From Escherichia phage vB_EcoP_IMEP8, in the sequence record NC_070993.1: a stretch of DNA of 64,000 bases, one strand, 5' to 3'. Below the pieces are notes generated by a model that worked only from the letters and a program-made list of their open reading frames with translations, was not told the DNA's origin and ran no database searches. Shown here piece after piece: positions 1 through 9,690 of this stretch (the first letter of the stretch is position 1; each line of letters starts with the position of its first letter). The position numbers were made by a program, and so were the translations under genes.

Positions 1-1
1 A

Positions 2-679
2 TGGAAACCATTAGGTTGGGCACAAGGTGGTACAGGTTCAAGCACAGTTGAAGGGGCTAGAACAAACTTAGGGTTAGGAACAGATAGTATTCCTCAGTTT
101 AGTGGATTAAGAACAGAAACGTCCTCTTATACTGGAATCAGCATAAAGACTTCTGCTATTACAGAGTTAGGAGCCACTGCACTATTTGAAGTTACTCCTA
201 CTGGTGGGTTCTATCTTGCACGTCGTCCTTATTCTGGTTCTACTGGTGGTTATAATATTAACTTCCCGGTTTCTGGTGGTACTCTCGCTCTTGAGGGAAC
301 CTCTGATATCAACTACAAAAAAGATATTAAACCTTACGACGGTCAAATCTCTATTGACAACATTAAGAAAATGAACTTAGTCTCTTTTGTCTTCAAAGAT
401 GATGAAAAGGAAAGGGTTCGTAGAGGGGTTATTGCTCAGCAGATTGAAGAGATTGACCCTGAATATGTTAAGCACACTAAAGAGGTTTATGGTGAAGAGG
501 TTTTTGATGAAGATGGAAATAAGGTAGGGTATGAAGGGGAAAGGGAGCGTATTGTATTAGACTCAAATGCTCTTATGTTAGATATCCTTTGTGCTACCAA
601 AGTCTTGATTGAAGAGTCTGAGAAGAAAGATTTGAGAATCTCTCAACTGGAAGAGACCATTAAATCACTTACTAAATAA
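2..679 (+). CDS. tail fiber protein, C-terminal fragment with S74-type intramolecular chaperone domain (5' end lies outside window)
   Basis: Frame 2 is open from the first base to TAA at 677-679; C-terminus carries S-D-I-x-x-K...coiled-coil signature shared with the C-terminus of the next fiber gene. Confidence 0.7.
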   Translation, partial: WKPLGWAQGGTGSSTVEGARTNLGLGTDSIPQFSGLRTETSSYTGISIKTSAITELGATALFEVTPTGGFYLARRPYSGSTGGYNINFPVSGGTLALEGTSDINYKKDIKPYDGQISIDNIKKMNLVSFVFKDDEKERVRRGVIAQQIEEIDPEYVKHTKEVYGEEVFDEDGNKVGYEGERERIVLDSNALMLDILCATKVLIEESEKKDLRISQLEETIKSLTK

Positions 680-684
680 TCTAT

Positions 685-703
685 AACCCCTTCGGGGGTT
701 TTT
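685..703 (+). terminator. rho-independent terminator (AACCCCTTCGGGGGTT + T-run)
   Basis: GC hairpin with TTCG loop followed by TTT directly after stop codon. Confidence 0.6.
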
Positions 704-716
704 AGGAGGAATATAA

Positions 717-2930
717 ATGGCTAGAGAGTTAATGCCCAAATCGGGCATAATGATGCCTTATGTGGTTATCAACCGAGATGCAGCTGTAGTTGGCGTCTCA
801 ACTGTAGATGGTCAAGCAGGAGCTATAAACCTTACTGGGAAATATTTACAGAAGACTGATGCTGCTGATACCTATCAAACAAAAACAGACGGAGCCTCTA
901 AGACCTACGTCCTAGATTCAATTCAACCAATTATGGAAGGTGCTCTTTTTAAAGCAGACCCTTTCGTAGACAACAACGTACCTTTCAGATCTGCTGGGGC
1001 TAATGGTGTAGAATCTGTTGATATGATAAAAGTTACTCCAGAGAACACGATCAAGCTTGGAAGTTACGCTTCGTCCGTTCAAGGAGTAGAGATTCACTCC
1101 GCAGGTCGATTACAAGTTGTAGACCAGAGTGATGCTGGAGTAGAAACAAAGTATCCGGTCTACTCTAAACGATACCGTCCTGAGATTGAAGATTTGCCAT
1201 TTGCAGCAATAGGTACTTATGTTAAAGATTCTAAAGGTCGTACTATTGGAGTAAACCGCACAGGGATTAACTCTGATATCAAGCAATTTACTCAGAAGGT
1301 AACTTTCCAGCAACCCGTTACAGTAGCGGATGCTGTTGGGGATTATGATGCAGTAACTTTAAGACAGCTTCGTAACAGTGGTGGCGGTTCTGGTGGTCCA
1401 ACGATGAGTGGAATCTCTAATTTCAACATTGGTGATTTCAGACTAGTAGACAGTCGTGCTTTTATCCAAGCAAATGATGTAGTGGCTGATGGTCAACTAC
1501 TCAACAGAGCTGATTATCCTGAATTATGGGCATACGCTCAAATGCTTACCCCTATTTCAGATGCCGATTGGGTATCTACTCCAGAAAACAGGGGCAAATA
1601 TTCTTTAGGTGATGGAACAACAACTTTCCGTGTTCCTGACCGAAACGGTGTACAGAAGCAAGGTGTTGGTGGCTTTACTGGACCTAATTCCATTACAGCT
1701 CTTTATGCCAGAGGCGATGCTGGAGATTCTTCAATCAACGGTACTGTATCTCCTTCAGGTGTTCCAAACATCACAGGCTCTATTACTATTAATACAGATG
1801 GTAACACTTTGGGCTTAATTGGTGGTGCTACTGGAGCTTTTGCTGTTGGTGAGCAATCTGCTAAAGCTGTTGCTTCAAACTCTACAACTACAGGGGCTGC
1901 TAACAGAGCAAGAGTTGTTGATTTCAATGCTAGATTCCTAAGTGATATCTATGGAAGAACTACAACTGAAGTTAGAACTAACACTTTCTTCGGTGTATGG
2001 GTGATTCGTGCTAAGGGTGCATTCATTGCTGCTAACACTTCTTGGGCTGTGATAAATCAAGACACCACTCTTCCTGGTTCTGGTACAACTATAAACGGTG
2101 GTGAATTACGCTCTCAGTATCTAGTAGGCGGGGAGGCTGAAGCTCAAGTTTCTCTTCGAGCTAATGGTGAGGTTGGCGGTACTTACGTAGGGCGTATGAA
2201 CGTCTTTAATAAAACCAAGAATGTTACTCAGGTTTATGATTTTACCGATGGTGGAGCTTTCGTACTCCCAAGTGGTGGTTCTATTCGAAGCGGTAATATG
2301 AAGTTTGACTTCTCTAATAGCACAAACGAGATTTATGTATCCACAGGGAAACTTAGAATTTCAAGTACGGAACCCGGAACCCAGACTTTAGGTATGTCAG
2401 TAATATCTGGAACGAGCAGAGCTAAAGACCAAGCTTGGTTTGAACATTGGGGTAATAGCTTTGGTGGAGGTGCAGATAAAACTCGTGTAAGTGTTGTTGA
2501 GTTAAAGATTGGTAGTAGCTATGCTTCTTACTCCCAGCTCATGGCTGATGGAACCTATCAAACCCGTTTTGCTGGTTCTGTATATGCTACAGTAAACCCT
2601 TCTTCTGACATTCGAATTAAAGAGAACGTCCAGCGGATAGATAACCCTCTGGATAAGATGAAGCTGATTAAAGGCGTTTCTTGGAACCTCAAAACTACTG
2701 GCAACCCTGCTGGTTATGGTTTTGTTGCTCAGGATGTTGAAACTGTGTTCCCTGATGCAGTTAAGAATATTGGAGAGACGGAACTTGTTGATGGTACAGT
2801 TGTAGAAGACACTAAAGCAGTTGATACTTATGGTGTTGCTGCCGCTCTCCATCACGAAGCTATCCTCGAACTTATGAAACAGATCGAAGACCTTAAGAAA
2901 GAGGTAGCAGAACTGAAATCCGGTAAATAA
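717..2930 (+). CDS. tail fiber protein with tail-collar domain and C-terminal S74 intramolecular chaperone (737 aa)
   Basis: SD AGGAGGA upstream; collar-like motif NRADYPELWAYAQ...GDGTTTFRVPDRNG; C-terminal SDIRIKENV...coiled-coil chaperone signature. Confidence 0.8.
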   Translation: MARELMPKSGIMMPYVVINRDAAVVGVSTVDGQAGAINLTGKYLQKTDAADTYQTKTDGASKTYVLDSIQPIMEGALFKADPFVDNNVPFRSAGANGVESVDMIKVTPENTIKLGSYASSVQGVEIHSAGRLQVVDQSDAGVETKYPVYSKRYRPEIEDLPFAAIGTYVKDSKGRTIGVNRTGINSDIKQFTQKVTFQQPVTVADAVGDYDAVTLRQLRNSGGGSGGPTMSGISNFNIGDFRLVDSRAFIQANDVVADGQLLNRADYPELWAYAQMLTPISDADWVSTPENRGKYSLGDGTTTFRVPDRNGVQKQGVGGFTGPNSITALYARGDAGDSSINGTVSPSGVPNITGSITINTDGNTLGLIGGATGAFAVGEQSAKAVASNSTTTGAANRARVVDFNARFLSDIYGRTTTEVRTNTFFGVWVIRAKGAFIAANTSWAVINQDTTLPGSGTTINGGELRSQYLVGGEAEAQVSLRANGEVGGTYVGRMNVFNKTKNVTQVYDFTDGGAFVLPSGGSIRSGNMKFDFSNSTNEIYVSTGKLRISSTEPGTQTLGMSVISGTSRAKDQAWFEHWGNSFGGGADKTRVSVVELKIGSSYASYSQLMADGTYQTRFAGSVYATVNPSSDIRIKENVQRIDNPLDKMKLIKGVSWNLKTTGNPAGYGFVAQDVETVFPDAVKNIGETELVDGTVVEDTKAVDTYGVAAALHHEAILELMKQIEDLKKEVAELKSGK

Positions 2931-2936
2931 TCTATT

Positions 2937-2953
2937 GCCCCTTCGGGGGCTTT
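2937..2953 (+). terminator. rho-independent terminator (GCCCCTTCGGGGGC + TTT)
   Basis: Near-duplicate of hairpin at 685-703, same position relative to stop codon. Confidence 0.6.
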
Positions 2954-3023
2954 AGTAGTAACTAGAGCTAGTAGGTAATGAAACTAATATATCCCAAGAG
3001 GTTAATACATAGGAGATACGTAA

Positions 3024-3242
3024 ATGAAAATGATGAAACAAGCTGTTTACGGTTTAGTCTGTTTAGGTGCAGGGGTTGTGGTTTCTACAGCAGTTCCTGT
3101 TAACGCAGTCCATCCATTAGCTACAGCACCAGCTCCTGTTGAGAAGCTTAGTTCTCAATGCAAGCAGCGAACTATTCAAAATAACTTGGTTGTTATTTGT
3201 CCTGATGCAGAATCTAACGCTCTGAGAAAGATACTACCTTAA
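3024..3242 (+). CDS. small secreted/membrane protein with N-terminal signal peptide (72 aa); possible lysis accessory
   Basis: SD AGGAG; hydrophobic N-terminus VYGLVCLGAGVVVSTAVPVNA followed by likely signal peptidase site; sits directly upstream of lysozyme. Confidence 0.45.
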   Translation: MKMMKQAVYGLVCLGAGVVVSTAVPVNAVHPLATAPAPVEKLSSQCKQRTIQNNLVVICPDAESNALRKILP

Positions 3243-3271
3243 TTTAAAGGGATCACAAAAGGAGGTTAGAA

Positions 3272-3763
3272 ATGGATAACGTCGCATTGCCACCTGTACA
3301 TTTAAACTTAAGCCCAGCTGGAATGGAATTCATCATGAAGCATGAGGGTATGAGAACTAAGGCTTATAAAGATTCCGCAGGTATCTGGACTATATGTGTA
3401 GGGGCTACGCGCGATATGAATGGTTATCCGGTTAGGCAAGGATTAACATATTCTATAGAGGATTGTCTAGCTCTGCTAGATAGAGACACACAAGACTCTG
3501 TTCGTGCTACTCAGAAAAACATAAAGGTTCCTTTGCTCGTTCATGAGTTCGATGCACTCACCTCTTTCAACTTCAATGTTGGTAGTGGGGCACTGAGCAC
3601 ATCTAAGTTAAGGAAGGTTATCAATGGAGAAGTCAAAGGTGATGTATACTCAGAGTTTCTTCGTTGGGATAAAATTACGGTGAAGGGAGAGAAGCAGAGG
3701 AGTCAGGGTCTTCATAACAGAAGGGTTGCAGAAGCTGATCTTTATACCGAAGGTAAATATTAA
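3272..3763 (+). CDS. lysozyme, GH24 (T4 lysozyme/lambda R-like) muramidase
   Basis: Motif HEGMRTKAYKDSAGIWTICVGAT matches E-x8-D-x5-T catalytic triad of GH24 lysozymes; SD AAAGGAGG. Confidence 0.8.
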   Translation: MDNVALPPVHLNLSPAGMEFIMKHEGMRTKAYKDSAGIWTICVGATRDMNGYPVRQGLTYSIEDCLALLDRDTQDSVRATQKNIKVPLLVHEFDALTSFNFNVGSGALSTSKLRKVINGEVKGDVYSEFLRWDKITVKGEKQRSQGLHNRRVAEADLYTEGKY

Positions 3764-3775
3764 TGGAGGTGCCTT

Positions 3776-4579
3776 TTGGCTATCGAAACTAATGCGGTAG
3801 TAGTTACCGACTTGAATCCACTCTATCCTCGTGATAGGGATTACATTTACGAAGGGGCGGCTCAAATCCGCCTCATCAAACAAACACTACAAAACACATT
3901 CCCTAACGTCACTGAACCTGTTAATGTTGATTCTGATACTTTTAAGATTATATCAGAGAAGCTCAAGTTTACTGGTGATTCAATGGATGTTGGTGGGCTT
4001 ATGATTAAGAATGCTGCTCCGGGTACTGGTGATAAAGATGTTGTCACCAAAGGTCAGATGGAAGCATTCATGAAAAACTGGATGGAGAATAAGGTATTCC
4101 GTATTGGCTCTTATTACATCACTGAAGAAGATATTAATCCGGGTGATTCTATCTCTCTTGGGTTTGGCTCTTGGGCTAAAGTTACTGGTGTTATCATGGG
4201 TACTGGTGTAGTTAACCCTGATGGCTCTGTTCCTAACGCTCAGCGTGTTGAGTTCCAAGCAGGCGGTACAGGTGGTCGTGTATTTAATACTATCCGTACT
4301 GAGAACGTACCACTGATGACAATCAATGGTTCTAGTTTTAAGGTGTCAAGTAATACTCACTCACATAACATGATCTTTGGTCGTGGTGATGCAAGCGGAC
4401 ACAACAGCTCTCCAAACTGGTACAACCCAGGAACTGGATACAGTAAGAGAACTGAAGCAGACACTCACACCCACACCATTTCTGGTTCTGTTAGTTTTGG
4501 TCGTGATGATATTTCGCGTCAACCTATTAACACTTTGCCACCATTCAGAGCGGCTCACATTTGGAGACGTATTAGCTAA
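3776..4579 (+). CDS. tail fiber-like / receptor-binding tip protein (267 aa, TTG start)
   Basis: TTG start with GGAGG SD; HxH motifs (NTHSHNM, DTHTHTI) reminiscent of fiber tip domains; position in tail module. Confidence 0.5.
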   Translation: MAIETNAVVVTDLNPLYPRDRDYIYEGAAQIRLIKQTLQNTFPNVTEPVNVDSDTFKIISEKLKFTGDSMDVGGLMIKNAAPGTGDKDVVTKGQMEAFMKNWMENKVFRIGSYYITEEDINPGDSISLGFGSWAKVTGVIMGTGVVNPDGSVPNAQRVEFQAGGTGGRVFNTIRTENVPLMTINGSSFKVSSNTHSHNMIFGRGDASGHNSSPNWYNPGTGYSKRTEADTHTHTISGSVSFGRDDISRQPINTLPPFRAAHIWRRIS

Positions 4580-4588
4580 GGAGGAATT

Positions 4589-7588
4589 ATGGCGCTGTAT
4601 CCAATCAAGTCTTTAGGTGCTGTAGGCGTAATCGCTGATCAGGCTCCAACAGACTTAGCTCCTAATGCTTTCACTAATGCTATAAACGCTCGCTTTGTTG
4701 AGCAGAGGGTTTTTAAGACGGGGGGCAATGCCCCTCTTTCTTACGTAGATGAAGATAAAGATTTAACACCTCTGTCTTTTGTATCTATGCCTTTTGATTA
4801 CTATAGCGCAGGCAATAGCTTTCTTATTGTGGGAACTAATAAGAAGTTATATAAGCTGACAGATGAAAGCTTGACTGATATAAGCCGTAAGGTTGCTACA
4901 GTCACTAAGAGGGCTTCTGCCTCTATTAAGATTTATCCAGTTGTTTCTAGAATTGTTCCTAAAGAGACCACCATCTCTATGAACTTTAACCAGACTAAAG
5001 CTCTTGAAGTTTCGGTTCTTCCAGAGGATGCTAACAATGCCGAGTTAGTTTGGAGTTTGAGTAACTCTTCATACGGTCAGATAACAGTAGACCCAACAGA
5101 TTCTAAGAAGGCTTCTCTAAAATCTCTAAGTAAGGAAGGTAATCTAGTTGTTACTGTGAAGACTAAAGATGAAACAGTATCTGCTCAGATTGCTGTTAAT
5201 ATCATTGATGGTGATTCAGGTATCTTCTTAAGCCAAGACACAGTGACTGTTCGTAAAGGAAGTAACACTACGATCACAGCTGTTACTGGAAAAACGCCTG
5301 TAACGTGGTCTACTAACAACGGAGCCATTGTATCAGTTGTTCCTAACACAAATACCCTAACTGCTGTCATCACAGCTAATGGAGTAGGCACTGCAACTAT
5401 CACAGCAGATAACGGAACGAAGACTGCTACTTGTACTGTTAATGCAATACCTCAGATCGACAGTGTTTCTTTAAGTCAGACTGATGTAACTGTTAACAGA
5501 GGTACTCAGTATATTCTGACAGCTACAGTATCCCCAGCGAATGCCCCTAATAAGAATATCACTTGGACCTCTTCTAATCCGAATATTGCTACGGTGTCTG
5601 GTACAGGAACAGAAGCTACCATCACTGCAATCACGGCTGGATTTACAGAGATTACTGCTACCACCGAAGAAGGTAGTAGGACTGCTGTTTGTACTGTTCG
5701 TGTTGATCTTGCTAGTAGGATGTTAAGATCTTCCTTTATGGCAGCACCAGAACCAGAGCCAGTTTCTGAAGAAGTTGTAGTTCCTGAATCAGAGGATGTT
5801 GTTTATTTTGCAGCACCTACATCTGGAATTGATACAACAGGGATGGCTGAAGGTAATAATTTCTACGACTATTCTAACGTAGATGATATGGAAGGTTTTG
5901 CAAGAGCCTCTCTCTATTCTACTCCTCTTGACTCTGTAACGTTGGATGTTGTTAGCGCTTCTCTCGATGTTGGAGAAGAGATAGTTATAACAGCTACTGC
6001 TTCCCCTGAAGGAGAATATTCGTATCTTTGGTCTGTTGATAAAACTGGATATGTTTCTACTACATCAGTAACAGGGAGAACACTTAAACTTACCGCTCTT
6101 CGTAAAGGTGAGATTAACGTGACCTGTACAGTAAGTCAGATGACTCAGAGAGATTACGATGCATTTGATGACTATCCTTGGTATCATGCAGTAATTTCCA
6201 ACTGTGCAGTAGCAACCACCCACTATGAAACACCTCAGGTTAAAGAGTTTGAATCTGAATACTTTGTAGATCTTCCGGGATGGGGTGAACAGACAGTAGT
6301 GGATAATGATGGGAACCCTTCGGTTAAGAAATTCAACTGGAAGTGTGAGAGAGTAAGATCTTTCAACAACAGGTTGTTTGCTCTGAATATGCGGGAGTCC
6401 AATGCATCTGGTGTTACCACTAACTATCCGCTTCGTCTTCGTTGGTCTAACTTTGCTAACGAGAACAAAGCTCCTACGTTATGGGATGACTTCGCTTACG
6501 ATCGAGTTGTGTCTTCGGACTTGGCTTCTAACATCGTAGGTCAGACTCAAGCACTAGAAAATGGATATGCTGGTTACATTGACTTAGCAGACTCCAACGG
6601 AAGTTTGATTGATATCCTACCTCTTAAAGATTACTTGTTCGTTTATACAGAGTTTGAAACGTACATTGGTTCTCCAACTAATAACACATATCAACCTCTG
6701 ATGTTCAAGAAACTCTTTAACGATTCTGGCATCCTTGCCCCTGAGTGTGTGGTAGAGGTTGAAGGCAGTCACTTTGTTGTTACTCAGAATGACGTGATCT
6801 TACATAACGGTGCAACCAAGAAGTCAATCGCTTCTAACCGTGTTAAGAACATGCTGATTAACGAGATATGTTTAGTTAACCCTTTAGCAACTCGAGTGCA
6901 TTTGCATCAGGACAAGAAAGAAGTTTGGGTTCTTTATGTAGGTCCGGGAGAACCAAAAGAAAGCTTCGCTTGTACTAAAGCTGCTGTATGGAACTACGAG
7001 TTTGATACTTGGTCTTTCCGTACTATCCCATACGCTCAGTGTATTGGTTTGGTTGACCCTCCTGTACTTGAAAGAGGTCCGATTTGGGCTGACTTCCAAG
7101 AGATCACTTGGGATGACCCATCAATCAAAGAGCTTGTTTGGAGAAAGGATGCAACTAACTTCCGCCAGAGGGTTACGATAGTAGGTTCGTTCCTACGAGG
7201 TTTCTACCAAGTAGATGTTGGTGCTTTAGATTACTTCTATGATAGGCTTAATGATAAAGTTATAGAAAAACCGCTGGAGATGAGGTTAGAAAGAACTGGT
7301 ATTGATTTTGATAACATCACTAATGAATGGAATCAGAAGCATATCAATAGATTCAGACCTCAAACAACAGGCTCTGGTACGTATACTTTCGAGGCAGGTG
7401 GTAGTCAATTCTCAAACGAATATGGTCATCCACATACATCCAAGACTTATACGATTGGTGTTGATAGGCATGTCTCGGTGAGACTGAACCATCCATACCT
7501 TTTCTATAATGTTATAGATAATGATGTTAACAGTAATGCTGCTATCAATGGTTTAACGATAGAGTTTGCTGTTGGCGGGCGGAGATAA
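4589..7588 (+). CDS. large virion structural protein with bacterial Ig-like (Big_2-type) repeats (999 aa)
   Basis: Repeated T/V/S-rich Ig-like segments (e.g. NAELVWSLSNSSYGQITVDP..., TWSTNNGAIVSVVP..., TWTSSNPNIATVSG...). Confidence 0.6.
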   Translation: MALYPIKSLGAVGVIADQAPTDLAPNAFTNAINARFVEQRVFKTGGNAPLSYVDEDKDLTPLSFVSMPFDYYSAGNSFLIVGTNKKLYKLTDESLTDISRKVATVTKRASASIKIYPVVSRIVPKETTISMNFNQTKALEVSVLPEDANNAELVWSLSNSSYGQITVDPTDSKKASLKSLSKEGNLVVTVKTKDETVSAQIAVNIIDGDSGIFLSQDTVTVRKGSNTTITAVTGKTPVTWSTNNGAIVSVVPNTNTLTAVITANGVGTATITADNGTKTATCTVNAIPQIDSVSLSQTDVTVNRGTQYILTATVSPANAPNKNITWTSSNPNIATVSGTGTEATITAITAGFTEITATTEEGSRTAVCTVRVDLASRMLRSSFMAAPEPEPVSEEVVVPESEDVVYFAAPTSGIDTTGMAEGNNFYDYSNVDDMEGFARASLYSTPLDSVTLDVVSASLDVGEEIVITATASPEGEYSYLWSVDKTGYVSTTSVTGRTLKLTALRKGEINVTCTVSQMTQRDYDAFDDYPWYHAVISNCAVATTHYETPQVKEFESEYFVDLPGWGEQTVVDNDGNPSVKKFNWKCERVRSFNNRLFALNMRESNASGVTTNYPLRLRWSNFANENKAPTLWDDFAYDRVVSSDLASNIVGQTQALENGYAGYIDLADSNGSLIDILPLKDYLFVYTEFETYIGSPTNNTYQPLMFKKLFNDSGILAPECVVEVEGSHFVVTQNDVILHNGATKKSIASNRVKNMLINEICLVNPLATRVHLHQDKKEVWVLYVGPGEPKESFACTKAAVWNYEFDTWSFRTIPYAQCIGLVDPPVLERGPIWADFQEITWDDPSIKELVWRKDATNFRQRVTIVGSFLRGFYQVDVGALDYFYDRLNDKVIEKPLEMRLERTGIDFDNITNEWNQKHINRFRPQTTGSGTYTFEAGGSQFSNEYGHPHTSKTYTIGVDRHVSVRLNHPYLFYNVIDNDVNSNAAINGLTIEFAVGGRR

Positions 7589-7593
7589 CAACA

Positions 7594-7620
7594 AGGGGCT
7601 TCGTGCCCCTTTTATTGTTT
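7594..7620 (+). terminator. intra-operon rho-independent terminator/attenuator
   Basis: AGGGGCTTCGTGCCCCT hairpin followed by TTTATTGTTT between two late genes. Confidence 0.5.
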
Positions 7621-7631
7621 TGGAGGAACTT

Positions 7632-8645
7632 ATGGGTGCAGGTGGTTTTCGTAAGAACACTGGTCGCAATAACACCACACTCCCGTACAACGTTGGGTTT
7701 CTCAATAATGTACAGGACACAGAAACTTATAACGTAGCCGTGTATGATGAATTACAGAAAGTCAGCACAGCCACTAACCAAATGTTCCAAGCTATTGATG
7801 AGATTCACGATGAGATTGATGTTCGTATCAAAGCTCTAAATGCGATGAACTTACAATTTGATGAGCTTGAGAACAGGATTACTACAGAGATTGAAACAGC
7901 TATTGCAGACATTCAAACTCAAATGGGTAATTTATCCACTGATGATATTTGGGATAATTCAGTACAACCTCCGGTTAAACTGGAAAGCTCTATCTCTGGT
8001 ATTAAAACGAGTATTGAAGGTAATGATTTAAAGATTCAAACTGTGCAAGGGATTGTTAATGACCAAGGTGAAGAGATTGCTTTGGTTCAAACAGAGTTGA
8101 CTTCTCAAGGTCAGCAAATCTCTGACGTAGATGGTAGAGTTACCACCGTCCAAAACTCACTGTCTCAGTATATGAAGCTTACCTCCTATGAAGCTACATG
8201 GGGTGTAAACTCTTCAGTCAACGGTCAATATGCCGGAGTTAAATTAACTAACAACGGAACTAATAGTCAATTCCAAGTAACAGCTAACAAGTTCATCGTA
8301 GGTAACGGTACGACAGGGAATACCCCTTTTGTATTTGAGAACGGAAGAGCTAGAATGGAGTTCGCTGATATAAAGAACGTCAACATCACAACTGCCATGA
8401 TTGCTAATGCTAGGATTCAGTGGGCACAGATTGATAACGTTTCAGTGAGTAATGCTCAGATTCAAAACTTGGCAGCCAACAAAATTACAGCTGGGGCTAT
8501 GAGTGGTACGAACTGGAGACTTACTGTTGGTGGGGATTTCCAATTAGGTGCTGGTTCTGGTAGTAACCGGTTGTGGATGAATGGTAGCCGTATCGACTTC
8601 TATGATGCAAGTGGTACGCTTCGTATTAGAATAGGGACTTGGTAA
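7632..8645 (+). CDS. tail fiber/spike-like protein with N-terminal coiled coil (338 aa)
   Basis: SD GGAGGA before ATG 7632; heptad-like N-terminal region; C-terminal repeats NVSVSNAQIQNLAANKITAG typical of fiber/spike proteins. Confidence 0.5.
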   Translation: MGAGGFRKNTGRNNTTLPYNVGFLNNVQDTETYNVAVYDELQKVSTATNQMFQAIDEIHDEIDVRIKALNAMNLQFDELENRITTEIETAIADIQTQMGNLSTDDIWDNSVQPPVKLESSISGIKTSIEGNDLKIQTVQGIVNDQGEEIALVQTELTSQGQQISDVDGRVTTVQNSLSQYMKLTSYEATWGVNSSVNGQYAGVKLTNNGTNSQFQVTANKFIVGNGTTGNTPFVFENGRARMEFADIKNVNITTAMIANARIQWAQIDNVSVSNAQIQNLAANKITAGAMSGTNWRLTVGGDFQLGAGSGSNRLWMNGSRIDFYDASGTLRIRIGTW

Positions 8646-8646
8646 T

Positions 8647-9681
8647 ATGGCATATGGAATATGGACAACGCCAGTCGGACCGGGACCAGCTTCTCCGGCT
8701 GAGCTTTTTATCGACAGTGATACCACCTTCCCTCAATTTAAGAATAGGGTCAGTGGTAATTATAACTTTAATGGGGGCAGTAGAGATTTCCCTATTTCTG
8801 GATGGGATGGCTCAGGCCAAATCGTTGTAGTTCCAACCGGGTCTTTGTGTTGGCAATGGGAAGTCCCTCCTAACCTTGTCCCTGATGTGTATGTTGTAAA
8901 TAATATTAGTATTGTGAATAACTCAACTTTCAGAGTTAGCATAAATATGAATCCCGGAAGTAACCCATTGTTTGATGTAGCTTTTAATGTATATCAAATA
9001 TGGCCTAGGGCTAACAGAAACTACGGGATAACCTTTTCAAACACAGCTGATTACTTCTCTATATCAGATGCTGGAGTTGTTGGTCAATGTATTTGGGCTT
9101 GGGAAGGAAATATTAATGGCTCTATGCAAATACCAGCAATCAGTGGTTTTGATATGTCTAGAGCTTCAGTGTTTGCTAACTGGTCTGGAGGACAAGGTTT
9201 ACTCTATGATGCTGGGAGTCGTAATATCAGGGTTTACCAAAACAGAACCTACGATAACGGAAACAACAACCAAACAGGAACAATCAATAATGTGAAAGTT
9301 GCAGTGTTCTGTAATGGGGCTGGTGTTCCTACTCATAATGGTGGATTAAACATATATTCACCTAATGGTTCTCAGTGTGTATTTTCTACTTACAGAACAC
9401 CTTTTATGGTTGATCGTTTTATGGCTATGAGTGGAGGGAATACTGGACTTACATATCCTATGATACCTCTGACAAACGGAGCAGGTTCTATTAGAGGTCA
9501 GGCGGGAAGTTGGTATTTCCAACATGCTAGATCTCATACGATGAATGGCTCTTCTTTTGGTACAGGGTATGGTCGATATATGTTCCAGTGGGATAGAAAC
9601 TACGATATGGGTGGTGGTGGGGCTATCTCCCTTCAGGTTCCAGTCCTAGATGCTAGGAAAATTTTTAGAAGCATACAATAA
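8647..9681 (+). CDS. hypothetical virion protein (344 aa)
   Basis: Tightly packed in late operon; no recognisable catalytic motif. Confidence 0.45.
   Translation: MAYGIWTTPVGPGPASPAELFIDSDTTFPQFKNRVSGNYNFNGGSRDFPISGWDGSGQIVVVPTGSLCWQWEVPPNLVPDVYVVNNISIVNNSTFRVSINMNPGSNPLFDVAFNVYQIWPRANRNYGITFSNTADYFSISDAGVVGQCIWAWEGNINGSMQIPAISGFDMSRASVFANWSGGQGLLYDAGSRNIRVYQNRTYDNGNNNQTGTINNVKVAVFCNGAGVPTHNGGLNIYSPNGSQCVFSTYRTPFMVDRFMAMSGGNTGLTYPMIPLTNGAGSIRGQAGSWYFQHARSHTMNGSSFGTGYGRYMFQWDRNYDMGGGGAISLQVPVLDARKIFRSIQ
8985..8993 (+). promoter_or_regulatory. TAATGTATA motif copy (intragenic), candidate phage promoter element
   Basis: Exact 9-mer shared with four intergenic sites. Confidence 0.25.
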
Positions 9682-9690
9682 GGAGAACTT

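Noticed and set aside
186-374. 62-aa + strand ORF at the window start
   Set aside because: Lies in a different frame entirely inside the open tail-fiber reading frame (2-679) and has low-complexity Leu/Val-rich sequence; treated as spurious.
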